A DNA stretch of 64,000 bases from Polyangiaceae bacterium. GTDB taxonomy: Bacteria > Myxococcota_A > Polyangia > Polyangiales > Polyangiaceae. The notes under the pieces were generated by a model. The model saw only the letters and a list, made by a program, of their open reading frames with translations, searched no databases and was not told the origin of the DNA. The stretch is from NCBI GenBank assembly GCA_947502375.1, contig CANMZR010000001.1, forward strand, positions 4,886 to 68,885. The letters run 5' to 3'. Shown piece by piece: positions 52,198-61,661 of the stretch. A program made the position numbers and the translations under genes. Numbering within the stretch: the first letter of the stretch is position 1; every line of letters starts with the position of its first letter.

Positions 52198-54414
52198 TCA
52201 GATTTGGCTCGCCACTTTGGCACCCAGGTTCGCGGTACCCGTCACGTCGATGGTCACGGTGCCATCGGTTCGAATGGTTACCTGGCCGTCTTTCGTCAGC
52301 ATCACTGTGGAGGAGACTCCCCCGTCGGTGACAACCAGCGTGACGTCGGACGAGCCCGTCCAGCTCGCTGTCTTGGAGTGCTCCGTGTGTTTTTCTGCAC
52401 CCGTCAGCGCCAGGATTTTCCCTGCCCGCACCTCGATCGCAGCGCCGATTGTGCTCGTGCGCTCGGTGAAGCAACGAAGCTGCAGCTCGTCGTCGCTAAC
52501 AATCGAGTGCGTCCCCGTGATGCTCTCGGTGCGGTCACGCGTGGTCTGCTCCATTTTGGCAGACTTGGCCTTCTGCGAAAAACCACCCCCGATGGTGAGC
52601 TCCATCGGGCCTCCGATGGCGGTCGTGTGCTTCACCTTGAACTCCTCCGCGAGCTTGCCTTGGATGTCCTCACGCAGGTTCTTCGCGCCATAGTTCACGT
52701 CAGAAAAAACAGTCTGCGTGTGGTCGCCGACGACCCGCAGTTCGTGATCCCCACCGACGGCGTTGACGTCCCCGAGGCCAACCTTCCGAGAGTAGTTGCC
52801 GCCAACCTCCCACTTCTGATTGGCACCGACCGTCGGAGAATAGTCGGCGCCGATCTTCCACGTGGAGTTCCCACCCACGCTGACCGTCTCGTCGTTTCCC
52901 ACCGTCGAGGTGGCGCTGTTCCCCACCGACTGAGTCTGATCGTTCCCGACGAACACGTTCATGTCCTTCGGAGCACGCACAAATATCTGCTCGGCCCCCG
53001 CCGCATCATCGAAGCGAATCTCGTTACCGGTAATCCGGTCAGGCGTCGCGCGAGAGGTGAGCGCGGAGCGCGCCTTCGCATAGGGAAGCTTCTCTTGAAA
53101 GACATCGTCACCGTTGTAGACCCGACCCAGAACGACGGGCCTATCGGGATCGCCCTCCAGGAAGTGCACCACCACCTCCCAGTCTTTTCGAGGGATCGCG
53201 GAAGAACCGCCCGTGTTGTCCTGCAGCACCGGGACCCAGTGAGAGCAGTCGTCGTCGAAGGGACGGAGGCGGTCCCAGTGAAAGTGCACCTTGACGCGAC
53301 CAAAGTGGTCACAGTGAATGTCCTCGCCGTTCGTGCAAACGATCCCCGTGAGGGGGTTCATGATTCGTGGAACGTGGGTCGCACGCGCAGGTCGGTAGAT
53401 CGCGTCCCCGGCATCCGCCTCGAAAACAAGCTCGAAGCCCGCCTGCTCGCGGTCCCACGCATGCGTCAACTGACGGACGACATGTTCGCCTGGTATGCCG
53501 CCGACAGGCGCCTCGCTGAGCGCGAAAGTGTACCCGGGCATAAGACCGCCCGCTGTGCTCCGTCCGAGCACGGCCGCCGCGACGCTATCGAAGGCCTCGG
53601 CGTGGAGTCGTGCCTTGCGCTTGCCTTCGCCAGTATCCTCGAATTCGCCGGGAAAATCGTACCATTCTGGGCCGAACGTCACGGCCGTGGCGTGCGACAC
53701 ATCCATGTCGAGATTCGGATGCTCGGTGTTCCAGTCGCGCAGCGTAACCTTGCCTGGTGTGACCGCCGCGCGCGTGCCAAGCGCATGGACGGCGTCGTCG
53801 TTCTGGTTCACGCCCGCGGCCGACCGAAACGGCAGCATGAGACCGGTCGCTCCGTATGCGCTCCGGTGGTCACCCAACACCAGCGTGTCATCCTGCGTAA
53901 AGAAGTAGAAAATTCCTTCGTCTTCGAGGAGCCGGGACACGTAATCGAAATCGCTCTCGCGCCACTGCACGCAGTAGGGGCGCTTCGCGTAACTCTCGCG
54001 CAATCGGGTCTCGCTCTTCACGCCGAGCCCTGCGGCGACCTGCTGGGCTATTTCGGGCACGGAAAGGTTCCGATGAATACGGACGTCCTTGCGGTGTTTG
54101 AGCAACGCGAACCCTGGCTCGACGACGAGCCTCACCTGAGCGTGTCCCGTGATCGTCCCCGAGAGGGCGGCTTCGGTCACGATGCCGCAGATGGTCCGCA
54201 CGACGACGTCCCCGCGTCGAAGGGTGAGAACAGCCTTCGCCTTGATGACCACGTCGGGGTCAAACGCGTCCGGATCGCCACTCATCGTCTGTGGGTCGAG
54301 CACAAACGCAAGCTCGAAGCGCCAAGAGAGCGATAGCCCCTCGACGCCGGAGACCGTCCGAATCTGAAACGCGAACCCTGCGACGTCGAGCTGATAAACG
54401 AGCGGATCTTGCAT
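52198..54414 (-). CDS. vgrG: Type VI secretion spike protein VgrG (paralogue C)
   Basis: 738 aa from the ATG at 54414. gp27-like N-terminus, GEDIHCDHFGRVKVHFHWDR motif, gp5 OB region (DPDRPVVLGRVYNG) and a beta-helix repeat tail. Confidence 0.9.
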   Translation of the reverse strand: MQDPLVYQLDVAGFAFQIRTVSGVEGLSLSWRFELAFVLDPQTMSGDPDAFDPDVVIKAKAVLTLRRGDVVVRTICGIVTEAALSGTITGHAQVRLVVEPGFALLKHRKDVRIHRNLSVPEIAQQVAAGLGVKSETRLRESYAKRPYCVQWRESDFDYVSRLLEDEGIFYFFTQDDTLVLGDHRSAYGATGLMLPFRSAAGVNQNDDAVHALGTRAAVTPGKVTLRDWNTEHPNLDMDVSHATAVTFGPEWYDFPGEFEDTGEGKRKARLHAEAFDSVAAAVLGRSTAGGLMPGYTFALSEAPVGGIPGEHVVRQLTHAWDREQAGFELVFEADAGDAIYRPARATHVPRIMNPLTGIVCTNGEDIHCDHFGRVKVHFHWDRLRPFDDDCSHWVPVLQDNTGGSSAIPRKDWEVVVHFLEGDPDRPVVLGRVYNGDDVFQEKLPYAKARSALTSRATPDRITGNEIRFDDAAGAEQIFVRAPKDMNVFVGNDQTQSVGNSATSTVGNDETVSVGGNSTWKIGADYSPTVGANQKWEVGGNYSRKVGLGDVNAVGGDHELRVVGDHTQTVFSDVNYGAKNLREDIQGKLAEEFKVKHTTAIGGPMELTIGGGFSQKAKSAKMEQTTRDRTESITGTHSIVSDDELQLRCFTERTSTIGAAIEVRAGKILALTGAEKHTEHSKTASWTGSSDVTLVVTDGGVSSTVMLTKDGQVTIRTDGTVTIDVTGTANLGAKVASQI

Positions 54415-54421
54415 TGGATTC

Positions 54422-56686
54422 TCAGCCGTTGTGCTTGATGAGCTTGGTGACCGAGACGAGACTCTCAGCTTGACCGAGGTCGTAACTGGGCGTGCGCAGG
54501 GTGACGCTGTCTTTCGTGATCTCGATTGTGCTCGCGCCGGACTGGAGCACGATGCTCGTCTTCGCCTGGACGTGAAGTGTCGGCGTCTTCCCGACCAGCG
54601 CCCCCGTGACATTCCAGGTCGATGTTTTGTCGGCGCCGTCCAAGAAATGCTCGTCCGCCTTCATGACGAGATTTCCCGTCACCGTCTCGGTGAACGTGCC
54701 GTTGATTTCCACCGAGTAAGACTGTTTGCACTTTTCGGTCTTTCCCGCACCCACCTTTTTCTCAGCATCCGCGGTGACTTGCTCGGAAAGTATGCCCTCG
54801 ATTGTCTGCTGCGCCTCACCCTTGACGGTCACCTTGGCCTTCGCCGCGGAGACCTTGATGAGCCCTTCCTTCGCGGTCTCGGTGGCGTCACCCAAGACCT
54901 CGAGCGTTCGGTCTTTGATGACTTGGTGGGTCACGCTTGAACCGATCTCGAGGGCGCGCTTTCCGCCGATGTTTTCCTTCTCGTTACCCCCGACCGTCTT
55001 CGTGCGTGCCTTCGTTATCTCCACCGTCTCGTCCCCGCCGACCTTGAACTGCTGATCGTTCATCACCGCGTCGATCATTCGCGCCCCGATCGACACGTCC
55101 TGATTGCCGCCGACGCTCCGGACCTGGTCGTGATGAACGCCCTCACCGAAATTGTTGTTCACGAGGTAGTTCATGTCACGGCTCGCGTTGACGAAGAACT
55201 CCTGCACGCCGACGAGGTCCTCGAAACGGAACTCATTCGCGCCCCCGCCGCCCGGGGAAGTGGCACTGCGAAACACGGTGCGCGTCTTGTTTTCGGGAAG
55301 CGGATAAGTCGGCGGATGCGCGGCATCATGAACGCGGGACAGAATGCTCGGCGCGTCGACGTTCCCTTCCTCCATCAACACCACCACGTTCCACCCGGTG
55401 CGCGGGTAAGACATCGACATTCCAACGCCGCGCTGAGCCACGCGCATCCACTTGCCAGCTTCATGATCCCACGCGCCCTCGCGGTCCCAGTGAAGCTGCA
55501 CGCGCACGCGGCCGCGCTCATCGGTGTGGATCTCTTCACCGGGTGGTCCGACGACGCGACCGCTCTGGACCCCCGCCTGCTGACTCACCGGCGTGAGCTC
55601 GGCTGGTCGGAACGCAATTTCCTCGCGGATCGCCTCAAAGTGGCAACGATAGCCGCCCCCTGCGCCCGCGAACGCACGGCGCTGCTTCACCTCGTACACC
55701 ACCTCCGTGACGAAGTAGCGGCCGTCGTAGACGGGATGATTCAAGAGCTCGACGATCCGGCCCGGTTCGAGACGAACGCTGGAGGCATTGCCGCTCACGC
55801 CGGCGCGCAGAGAGAGTGCGATCTCGAGGCGCTTTTTCGCCTGTTCGCGGCAGACCTCCAGGCTCTCAGGGCCGCCGCCTGGCGCCTCGTAACTTGCGTG
55901 AAAGCCCTTTCCCTCGGTCGCCGTGACCTTGAGCTCCGGGTTCCAAGGGCTGAAAGAAGCGACCGTGAACCGCGTGGCCGTCGCATGGGCCTCGCTTCCG
56001 AGTTCGTGAATGTACTCGTGGTCCCCCAGCATCCCCTTTTCGAGCGCGAACTCGATGGACGGACCGCCGGTGAGTTCGGGTGCGAACCCGGAGTCGTCCG
56101 AAAAAATCAGCGTGCTGTCAGCTCCCTCGTGATCGAACCAGTAGTAAATGCCTTCCTCCTCGAGAAGTCGCGAGATGAAGGTCCAGTCCTCCTCGCGGTA
56201 TTGCGCCGTGTAGACGTGACTGCGATAGGTTCGCGTGAGCGCCCAGCGATACGGGTGCTTCGTGGGGAGTTTTTCCAGCACACGATCGACGATATCTGGC
56301 ACCGACAGATCATTGAAAACGCGGCTGTCACGCGAGAGCGAGAGCGGGTAAAAGTTGGGGCGTACGGTAAGTCGAAGCTCGGCAGTCCCCTCATCTCGCA
56401 GAAGTCGCTGCGCCTCCGTGAGCATTCCCTGGATCGAGCGGCGCACGCCAAAGCCGTCGTGAAGGACGAGCTCGCACGACCTACCGAGCAGCAGTTTCGG
56501 GGCCGGGCCGAAAGCGACATCCGCACACAGGACCTCGAAGGAAAAGAGCTGGCTCACGGTCTCTCGGCCATCGAGCGAGAGCACCTCGTAAGGAACGCCG
56601 TCGACAGTCAAAGCGACGTGCTCGTCCAGGAGTGCCGCCGCACCCGCCCGAACGGCGTCATCCACGAGTTGGTCAGCAAGCGTCAT
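54422..56686 (-). CDS. vgrG: Type VI secretion spike protein VgrG (paralogue A)
   Basis: 754 aa. LSLDGRETVSQLFSFEV, EEGIYYWFDH, GEEIHTDERGRVRVQLHWDR, and a beta-helix tail. Confidence 0.92.
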   Translation of the reverse strand: MTLADQLVDDAVRAGAAALLDEHVALTVDGVPYEVLSLDGRETVSQLFSFEVLCADVAFGPAPKLLLGRSCELVLHDGFGVRRSIQGMLTEAQRLLRDEGTAELRLTVRPNFYPLSLSRDSRVFNDLSVPDIVDRVLEKLPTKHPYRWALTRTYRSHVYTAQYREEDWTFISRLLEEEGIYYWFDHEGADSTLIFSDDSGFAPELTGGPSIEFALEKGMLGDHEYIHELGSEAHATATRFTVASFSPWNPELKVTATEGKGFHASYEAPGGGPESLEVCREQAKKRLEIALSLRAGVSGNASSVRLEPGRIVELLNHPVYDGRYFVTEVVYEVKQRRAFAGAGGGYRCHFEAIREEIAFRPAELTPVSQQAGVQSGRVVGPPGEEIHTDERGRVRVQLHWDREGAWDHEAGKWMRVAQRGVGMSMSYPRTGWNVVVLMEEGNVDAPSILSRVHDAAHPPTYPLPENKTRTVFRSATSPGGGGANEFRFEDLVGVQEFFVNASRDMNYLVNNNFGEGVHHDQVRSVGGNQDVSIGARMIDAVMNDQQFKVGGDETVEITKARTKTVGGNEKENIGGKRALEIGSSVTHQVIKDRTLEVLGDATETAKEGLIKVSAAKAKVTVKGEAQQTIEGILSEQVTADAEKKVGAGKTEKCKQSYSVEINGTFTETVTGNLVMKADEHFLDGADKTSTWNVTGALVGKTPTLHVQAKTSIVLQSGASTIEITKDSVTLRTPSYDLGQAESLVSVTKLIKHNG

Positions 56687-56730
56687 ATGGTTTCGTTTTG
56701 CGCCTCAGCGGCTTGCCTGTTGGCCCGGAA

Positions 56731-58962
56731 TCACTTGGTGAGATTGTCCTTGTTTCCAGTCACGGTGATCGTGCGTTTCGCGTCGATGAGCAGCTTACCC
56801 TTGAAGGCAATGCTTTTAGGGTCGAGCTTCAGCCCCGCGCCGCCGCTCGTGAATTCGAGCGATTCGTCCGCCACGAGGAGAATTTTGTCGCCATTGATTG
56901 CGATTTTTTCCCCGCCTTGAAAGAGCGCGCTCCCGGAAGCGATGCTCGTGGTCTTTGCGGAGTAGCCCATCTTCGTCTTGACCGCGCGCGTCGCGTCCGC
57001 GCTGATCTTGAGATCGAACTTGCCGCCGACCCGGAGACTGATGCCGCCGTCCGCTACCTCGACGGTCTTTGTCCCGGCCACCGTCTCCTTCAAGGTGTCC
57101 TGCACGAGGAGCTCGAGGCTGCCCTTGCCCGTCACCTCCCACTCGCCCACCGAGCGCTCAAACCCATCGACCACCTGACGCGTGATAGAGCCGCTCTTCT
57201 CGGCCGCCTCGACGGTGCGATTCGCGTCCACTTTCTCGAGGTCGTTGCCGGCAATGGTATGGCTGTAGACCTCGGTAATCGTGAGTTTCTGGTCGACCGC
57301 GATCTTTTTTTCGCGATCCGCCTCGACCGAGAAGGAGAAGACCCCGCCCACGTTGGCGGTGTAATTCCCGCCAACTTCAACACGCTGGTCGTTGACGACG
57401 GTCGTTGAATAGTTCGCCCCGACGCTCTTCGTCTCGTTTGCGGCGATCGCATACGTCCGATCGTTGTCGACCGACGCATTGAAATCCTTTTCGCCGTGCC
57501 AGTCCATGTGCATGAGCCCGCCGAGGTCCTCCATGCGCAACTCGTTGAAGCCACCGCTCGCACTTGGGTAGCTTGGCGATTTCATCGTGTGGCGCGTCTT
57601 GTTGGCGGGCTGCGCGTACTCGGCGGTCATCTGCCCGTTGATGTTTCGCGCGATCCCGATGGGCCGATCGGGATCTCCGTTGATGTACGCCACGCTCTGC
57701 TCCCAGCCGACACGAGCGAGTGCGGTGCCGTTCGCCGTCTCCTGAACATTGCGGAGCCAGCGGGAATCCTCGTCACTTCTGGTGGCCTCGCGGTCCCAGT
57801 GAAACTGAGCGCAGAAGCGACCATGCACGTCGGTGTGAATTTCCTCCCCGGCCGGGCCGCGAACCATCGCTGTATGGGTTCCGGCAATGTGGGGCTGCGG
57901 GGTCACGAGTGGCGGACGGAAAGGCACCTTCTTTGGGATGCCGGCGAAGGTGTTCTCGTAGGAAATTCCGGAGCTGGCCTGACCATCGACGACGTGCTCA
58001 AACTTGCCGTTGCGGTAGCGATGCTCGACGCCGACGATCAGGTACTCGCCCGCGAAGCGTGGCCTCGCGAGCGCGCCGAACGTGAAGGAGCGTGCGGGCG
58101 CGAAGGAATGGACGTTGCCCGTCCCCGTGACCTGGCTCGCGGCCACCCGGTAGGCCTCGAGTCTGCGTTGTGCGAGGAGCGGCCCTTGCTCGGAGCGACG
58201 GAAACCGACGGGGTAATCGTACACCTCGAGTTCGGCGTCTTCTTTGGCCGAAGCGGAGGCGAGGAGTTTCACCTTGGGCTTTTTCCAGTTGAAGTCGTTC
58301 ACGGTGGCAGCGCCTGAGGTGACCTTCCGCTCCTTCGTGAACTCGCGAAGTCCGACGCGCGTCCACTCCATGGCTCCGCCAACCTCCACGAGGTCGAAGG
58401 CGCTCTCGCCCGCCACCTTCGGCGCGTCCTCGGAGCGATCGGACAGCACCATGGTGCCGTCGTCCTCGAACGCGTAATGAATGCCCTCGAACTCGAGCAG
58501 ACGGCTGATGAAATCGAGATTCGTCTCCGAGTACTGGACGCAATACTTTCGCGTCTCGGTGGGCCGGGCGAGCTCGAAACGGTGCGCGACCTGGTGCTCG
58601 GCGAGAATTTTAGAGATGATGGCTTCGGCAGAAAGTTTCGTAAACTTGCGCTGGTTCTTCGTGAACCGAAGCAACCAAAACGCTGGAAAAAGCTGGGCAA
58701 TATAGCGCATCGAGCCATCGACGATGCGAATGAAGTCAACGTGTCCGACGCGCAGTGTCCAGCGCCTGGGAAGCCCACCGAACGGCGCAACCACGAGGGT
58801 CGCGTCCTTCTCGAGGACGTCCTCGAGACGCAACGGAAGCGCGCTCGCGAGCTCGACCCGTGCCACCGTGGGGACGGAGATGCGCTCCAAAACATGGGCG
58901 GCTACGACGGCCAAGGGTTCAGGCGTATCGAGGATGAGCGTGAGTTCGGCGTCGCTGCTCAT
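56731..58962 (-). CDS. vgrG: Type VI secretion spike protein VgrG (paralogue B)
   Basis: 743 aa. FEGIHYAFEDD, GEEIHTDVHGRFCAQFHWDR, GDPDRPIGIARNING, and a beta-helix tail. Confidence 0.92.
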   Translation of the reverse strand: MSSDAELTLILDTPEPLAVVAAHVLERISVPTVARVELASALPLRLEDVLEKDATLVVAPFGGLPRRWTLRVGHVDFIRIVDGSMRYIAQLFPAFWLLRFTKNQRKFTKLSAEAIISKILAEHQVAHRFELARPTETRKYCVQYSETNLDFISRLLEFEGIHYAFEDDGTMVLSDRSEDAPKVAGESAFDLVEVGGAMEWTRVGLREFTKERKVTSGAATVNDFNWKKPKVKLLASASAKEDAELEVYDYPVGFRRSEQGPLLAQRRLEAYRVAASQVTGTGNVHSFAPARSFTFGALARPRFAGEYLIVGVEHRYRNGKFEHVVDGQASSGISYENTFAGIPKKVPFRPPLVTPQPHIAGTHTAMVRGPAGEEIHTDVHGRFCAQFHWDREATRSDEDSRWLRNVQETANGTALARVGWEQSVAYINGDPDRPIGIARNINGQMTAEYAQPANKTRHTMKSPSYPSASGGFNELRMEDLGGLMHMDWHGEKDFNASVDNDRTYAIAANETKSVGANYSTTVVNDQRVEVGGNYTANVGGVFSFSVEADREKKIAVDQKLTITEVYSHTIAGNDLEKVDANRTVEAAEKSGSITRQVVDGFERSVGEWEVTGKGSLELLVQDTLKETVAGTKTVEVADGGISLRVGGKFDLKISADATRAVKTKMGYSAKTTSIASGSALFQGGEKIAINGDKILLVADESLEFTSGGAGLKLDPKSIAFKGKLLIDAKRTITVTGNKDNLTK

Positions 58963-60059
58963 GAGAGATTCTCCTTGGCGTGGCGGTGCTCATCAAGCCG
59001 TCGGCGAAGCTCGGGATAAAAACTCGTCGGCAGTTCGCTGGCGTTGGTTACGCGGATTTTCCCGAGGCGCTCGCTCTTCTGCGGCAGCGGCACGCACACA
59101 CGCCAGGTGAGCTCGACGACGCGGTCATCGGGATCGGTGAGATCGACAAGGAATGTGTCCAGGTGCGTCGTAAAGGAGCGCTCTTCGCCGTCAAGCGTGA
59201 CATCGAAGCGCGGCGCATACCGCGGCAACCGGAAGCGGAACGTGCCTTCGGGAGTCGCCCCGACGACCTCGACGGGCTCGTCGCCGAGCAAGGGCTCCTG
59301 GCTCCAGAGCTCGGGGTGAGCATCGCTCGTGAAGCGCGGATCGTAGTCGGCCGGAGCGACAGGGTAACGGTAACGGTAGTAGCGGTCATCGGTCGTGCCG
59401 TAGAGCGCACGGCGGCGCGGCCACTGAGGAGTCGTCGGCCCAAAGCCGGCCGGCGCGCCTCCATCGAGAGACTCGATGCGGTACGCTTCCAAGCCAACGA
59501 GCTTCGCTGGCGAGCCGTAGCCAACGCCCACCGGGTTGTCGGCATGCTCGCGCTTGGAAGCGATGGCATCCGGATCGACCCCGCCCTCGGCGAACTCGTA
59601 AACGAGCGGCACCGGCTCGAGGATGGCTCCGGCGGGGCCGGGTGCCACGCCCGTCCATTTTTTCATGAACACCCGATGCCCGAACACCCGCAGCTTCTTC
59701 GCGAGCGTCCGGGTGCCGGTCTCGATTCGAAAACGCACGTCGAGCTCCGTCGGCGCGGGTGAGCCCTGGGAGCGCGGCGGCGGGTAGGCCGAACCGAGCA
59801 ACAGGACGTCGGTGCCGAGTTTCGCCGTGAGGCGATCGCTCGGAAAGTGCACGGTCCCTCCAGGCGAGCCCCGCCAGAGCGTGGTCAGCCGGATCGGACG
59901 GGGCTCGAGCGCCACGCGTGCCTCACCGCGCGCCGAAACCTGCCAGGTCAATCGCGCGACAACGACCGCGCAATGTTCCCCGGTGGGCGCGTCCACGGCG
60001 AAACAGTCCGCGTGGGCGAGGGAGTTGTTTTCGAGGACCCTGTTCGGTCGAAGCGTCAT
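58959..60059 (-). CDS. DUF2169-domain protein (second copy), translationally coupled to vgrG-B
   Basis: 366 aa from the ATG at 60059. MTLRPNRVLENNS...CAVVVARLTWQVSARGE...KLGTDVLLLGSAYPP. ATGA overlap with the vgrG-B start. Confidence 0.72.
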   Translation of the reverse strand: MTLRPNRVLENNSLAHADCFAVDAPTGEHCAVVVARLTWQVSARGEARVALEPRPIRLTTLWRGSPGGTVHFPSDRLTAKLGTDVLLLGSAYPPPRSQGSPAPTELDVRFRIETGTRTLAKKLRVFGHRVFMKKWTGVAPGPAGAILEPVPLVYEFAEGGVDPDAIASKREHADNPVGVGYGSPAKLVGLEAYRIESLDGGAPAGFGPTTPQWPRRRALYGTTDDRYYRYRYPVAPADYDPRFTSDAHPELWSQEPLLGDEPVEVVGATPEGTFRFRLPRYAPRFDVTLDGEERSFTTHLDTFLVDLTDPDDRVVELTWRVCVPLPQKSERLGKIRVTNASELPTSFYPELRRRLDEHRHAKENLS

Positions 60060-60165
60060 CGAGCGGTCAACCCACTTTGCAGGGCGAACACACGCCTGAG
60101 GTTGGAGCGGTGTTTCAAGATGGCCATGAGATTCATTGCGTGATGGGAACCTAGGTTGACTTCCA

Positions 60166-60732
60166 TCAGTTGAGTCGAAGCATCCGCCCAACGAGGCGGA
60201 AAAGTCCCCGTGAAACGGCAGAGACGCGTGTACCGACGAGCTCGATCTCGCCGTCGTCACGTAGCCGCAGGGCGGCCCGCCCGGTCCGGAGCAAAATCTC
60301 TCGGTCGGCTCGAATCTCGATGCGCTCACCGCTCACGAGCACCTCGCGCGGTCGCCGCGTCTGCAAGAGGCCGATGACGATCGGAACCTCGTTACCGGCC
60401 CGCTCCACCAACACCGATGTGTGCGCCGCAAACGCCTCGAGAAGCAGCTCCCGATCGACCTCGGAGGCGACCAACGCGCGCTGGGGCTCCTCCGAACCGC
60501 GCCAAGCGATCGTCACGTCAAGCGGACCCACTTTCACTAGGCGAGCAGAGCACACCGTCGGCAACGGTCCCGGCTCCTCGCGACGAGGCGTCGCTAGCGC
60601 CACCTCGTCGAGAGCGGTGGTCTTATCGTCGGGGGCAGCGCTCGCGTCCTCAAGACTCGCGTCCTCAAGACTCGCAAAGCTATCGACTTCAAGGTGTTGC
60701 GTTCCCATGCGCTGAAGGGCGGACGGTAACAC
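60166..60732 (-). CDS. Hypothetical small T6SS-island protein with a VgrG-tip-like beta-strand repeat motif
   Basis: 188 aa. The C-terminal VSGERIEIRADREILLRTGRAALRLRDDGEIELVGTRV resembles the short beta-helix repeats at VgrG C-termini. The N-terminus is acidic, with an SLEDA-SLEDA duplication. Confidence 0.5.
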   Translation of the reverse strand: MLPSALQRMGTQHLEVDSFASLEDASLEDASAAPDDKTTALDEVALATPRREEPGPLPTVCSARLVKVGPLDVTIAWRGSEEPQRALVASEVDRELLLEAFAAHTSVLVERAGNEVPIVIGLLQTRRPREVLVSGERIEIRADREILLRTGRAALRLRDDGEIELVGTRVSAVSRGLFRLVGRMLRLN

Positions 60733-60908
60733 CCTTTACGACGCACTGTTGCGGGACAACAACGGGAGCGTTTTGAATGTCAGAGCCCGGCGCGCTTTTC
60801 GTGCCGCGGTGCGCCCAAACTTCGATCCGCAGCCACGGGTGCACAAACGGCGTGACTGCCGTGCCGACCAATGCGGCCCGCCGTCGCGCGATCCCAGCTG
60901 CGCGGAGC

Positions 60909-61553
60909 TTACAATTTTCGAGGGCGACCCGCCGCACGGAGCGCATCCAGATCGATCCCGAGTTGCGTGTGTTCTTGACCGCTCACGGGTCGCACGACCG
61001 CCGCCGATGGGGTCACACTTGCGCGAAAATCAGCGAGCGACCCCTCGGCGCTTTCGGACCAATCCGAGCCGGTCGAAGACGCAGCTCCCCGCTCCGATTG
61101 GGGCTCGGAGAGTGTCGCCGCGCTCCTAGAGAAAGATGCGCTCGGGGCCGCCGCCGCAGAACCGCGGAGCGCCGCGAAGGCGGCTGTGCCGAAAGATTCT
61201 GCGGGCGGTGAGCTCGAGCGAGACGGAGCACGCAAGGGCGCGAAACGCTCAAACGGGATCGCCGGATCCGCCCTCTCCAACGCTTCGCCAGGCAGCGTCG
61301 CCGAAGGGCGCAACAAGGATTTTGAAGCTTCGAATGCGCACAGCTCTGCGTAGCGATGCGGGCGCCCCATCGCGCCCGCCGCGATGTCCTCGTTCAAGCA
61401 ACGCGCCCACGCCTCGTTGATGCTTTCCCAGTGTTCTTCGAGGCCGTGTTGACGAAGCATCGCAGCGCGATCCTGCGCCCGTCCTACGCGCATTCGCGCC
61501 GCGAGTGCCGCCCACGCTTCGAACTCGTCCTTGACGCCACCGCTCGTCAGCAT
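60909..61553 (-). CDS. Hypothetical protein, first gene of the vgrG island transcription unit; N-terminal HG(L)EE..W helical module
   Basis: 214 aa. The N-terminal 55 aa share a motif with 43737..44870 and the C-terminus of 47956..49329. The rest is Ala/Ser-rich and disordered. Confidence 0.45.
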   Translation of the reverse strand: MLTSGGVKDEFEAWAALAARMRVGRAQDRAAMLRQHGLEEHWESINEAWARCLNEDIAAGAMGRPHRYAELCAFEASKSLLRPSATLPGEALERADPAIPFERFAPLRAPSRSSSPPAESFGTAAFAALRGSAAAAPSASFSRSAATLSEPQSERGAASSTGSDWSESAEGSLADFRASVTPSAAVVRPVSGQEHTQLGIDLDALRAAGRPRKL

Positions 61554-61661
61554 TCGGACATTCTAACAGAAACCGGAGGCCCTGAACCCTTCGGAACTCG
61601 CAGGCCTGAAAACGGCTGCGATGGCGGTCCGTGACGACTTCGAGTGTGAGCGGCGCGGGCG

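Noticed and set aside
44881-61553. Calling this a complete type VI secretion system
   Set aside because: Only spike and accessory genes are present (vgrG x3, DUF2169 x2, a PAAR-like gene and accessory genes). No tssA-M, hcp or clpV were recognised in the window, so it is annotated as an orphan vgrG island.
61560-61565. TAGAAT (minus strand) 6 nt upstream of the ATG at 61553 as a -10 box implying a leaderless mRNA for the island operon
   Set aside because: It is a single hexamer with a poor -35 (TTCAGG at non-optimal spacing). That is too weak to call without transcript mapping.
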